Source of the DNA: a virus
Taxonomy: Duplodnaviria; Heunggongvirae; Uroviricota; Caudoviricetes
Reading direction: 5' to 3' (one strand)
DNA length: 64,000 nucleotides
Virus record (IMG/VR): IMGVR_UViG_3300028805_000047
Numbering within the stretch: the stretch's first letter is position 1; each line of letters starts with the position of its first letter. Both the position numbers and the translations under genes were made by a program. A model generated the notes under the pieces. That model had not been told where the DNA came from and ran no database searches. It worked only from the letters and a program-made list of their open reading frames with translations. Positions 63,721 through 64,000 of this stretch are shown here, piece by piece.

Positions 63721-64000
63721 CTCGATATAGTAAAGTTAATTGCGAATGAGTATTTTGTCAAAGCTTCTTTATCAATAACAGTTTTCTTAATAAGTTGGTC
63801 GCTTGTGTCAGACAATGCATGTGATTCAAGAAGCTTATATCCTTGTTCTTCCTTTTCAGCATCAGTTACAGACATATCATAATCATTTACAATTTCAGAA
63901 GATGTATGTTCTTTTTTGATATACAGGTTTGCTGATTCTATATGATAGAAAGACAACAAGTTTTCTTTTATGTAATCTTTTGCAAAATCCAAATTAGACG
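63717..64000 (-). CDS. Hypothetical protein on the minus strand, probably truncated at the window edge
   Basis: A 91-aa-plus ORF ending at the bidirectional terminator; more plausible than the overlapping short plus-strand ORF. Confidence 0.35.
   Translation of the reverse strand, partial: SNLDFAKDYIKENLLSFYHIESANLYIKKEHTSSEIVNDYDMSVTDAEKEEQGYKLLESHALSDTSDQLIKKTVIDKEALTKYSFAINFTISR

Noticed and set aside
63685-63882. Plus-strand 65-aa ORF after the bidirectional terminator.
   Set aside because: It starts inside the terminator hairpin and overlaps a longer convergent minus-strand ORF that ends neatly at the terminator.
1-64000. Search for CRISPR arrays, rRNA and tRNA genes.
   Set aside because: No spacer-repeat periodicity beyond the in-gene 51-nt and 36-nt tandem repeats. 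No rRNA-like GC-rich blocks. No cloverleaf candidates in the few intergenic regions.

Overview
This 64 kb window is AT-rich (about 30% GC), densely coding and almost entirely plus-strand. I read it as part of a large T4-like (Tevenvirinae-like) myovirus genome. T4-type core genes I can recognise: a prohead protease fused to a repeat-containing scaffold (gp21/gp22-like), a gp23-like major capsid protein, UvsX recombinase, a gp52-like topoisomerase II DNA-binding subunit, a C-terminal fragment of the gp39/GyrB-like topoisomerase subunit, a gp47-like Mre11/SbcD nuclease, a gp41/DnaB-like helicase, a small sigma factor in the T4 gene-55 position, a gp5/gpV-like tail spike, and tail-fibre genes. 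Regulatory signals are visible: five copies of a sigma70-type promoter (TTGATC-N17-TATTAT), each just downstream of a conserved terminator hairpin, and T4-type late boxes (TATAAATA) upstream of structural genes. Accessory content: (1) at least seven proteins share an N-terminal M-E-N-L-K-T-F-K-S-F-I-N-E-A module that looks like a T4 capsid-targeting sequence, five of them carrying DUF285/BspA-like ~26-residue repeats; (2) an IS607-like insertion whose serine-recombinase TnpA is decayed but whose TnpB ORF is intact while appearing to lack the RuvC-II glutamate and the zinc finger; (3) four ATP-grasp ligase domains, two of them in one 773-aa protein in a minus-strand three-gene operon; (4) a DNA methyltransferase, a Pol-beta-type nucleotidyltransferase and a CCA-adding enzyme clustered together. 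No rRNA, tRNA or CRISPR array was found. All functional calls rest on motif recognition by eye and need confirmation by search.
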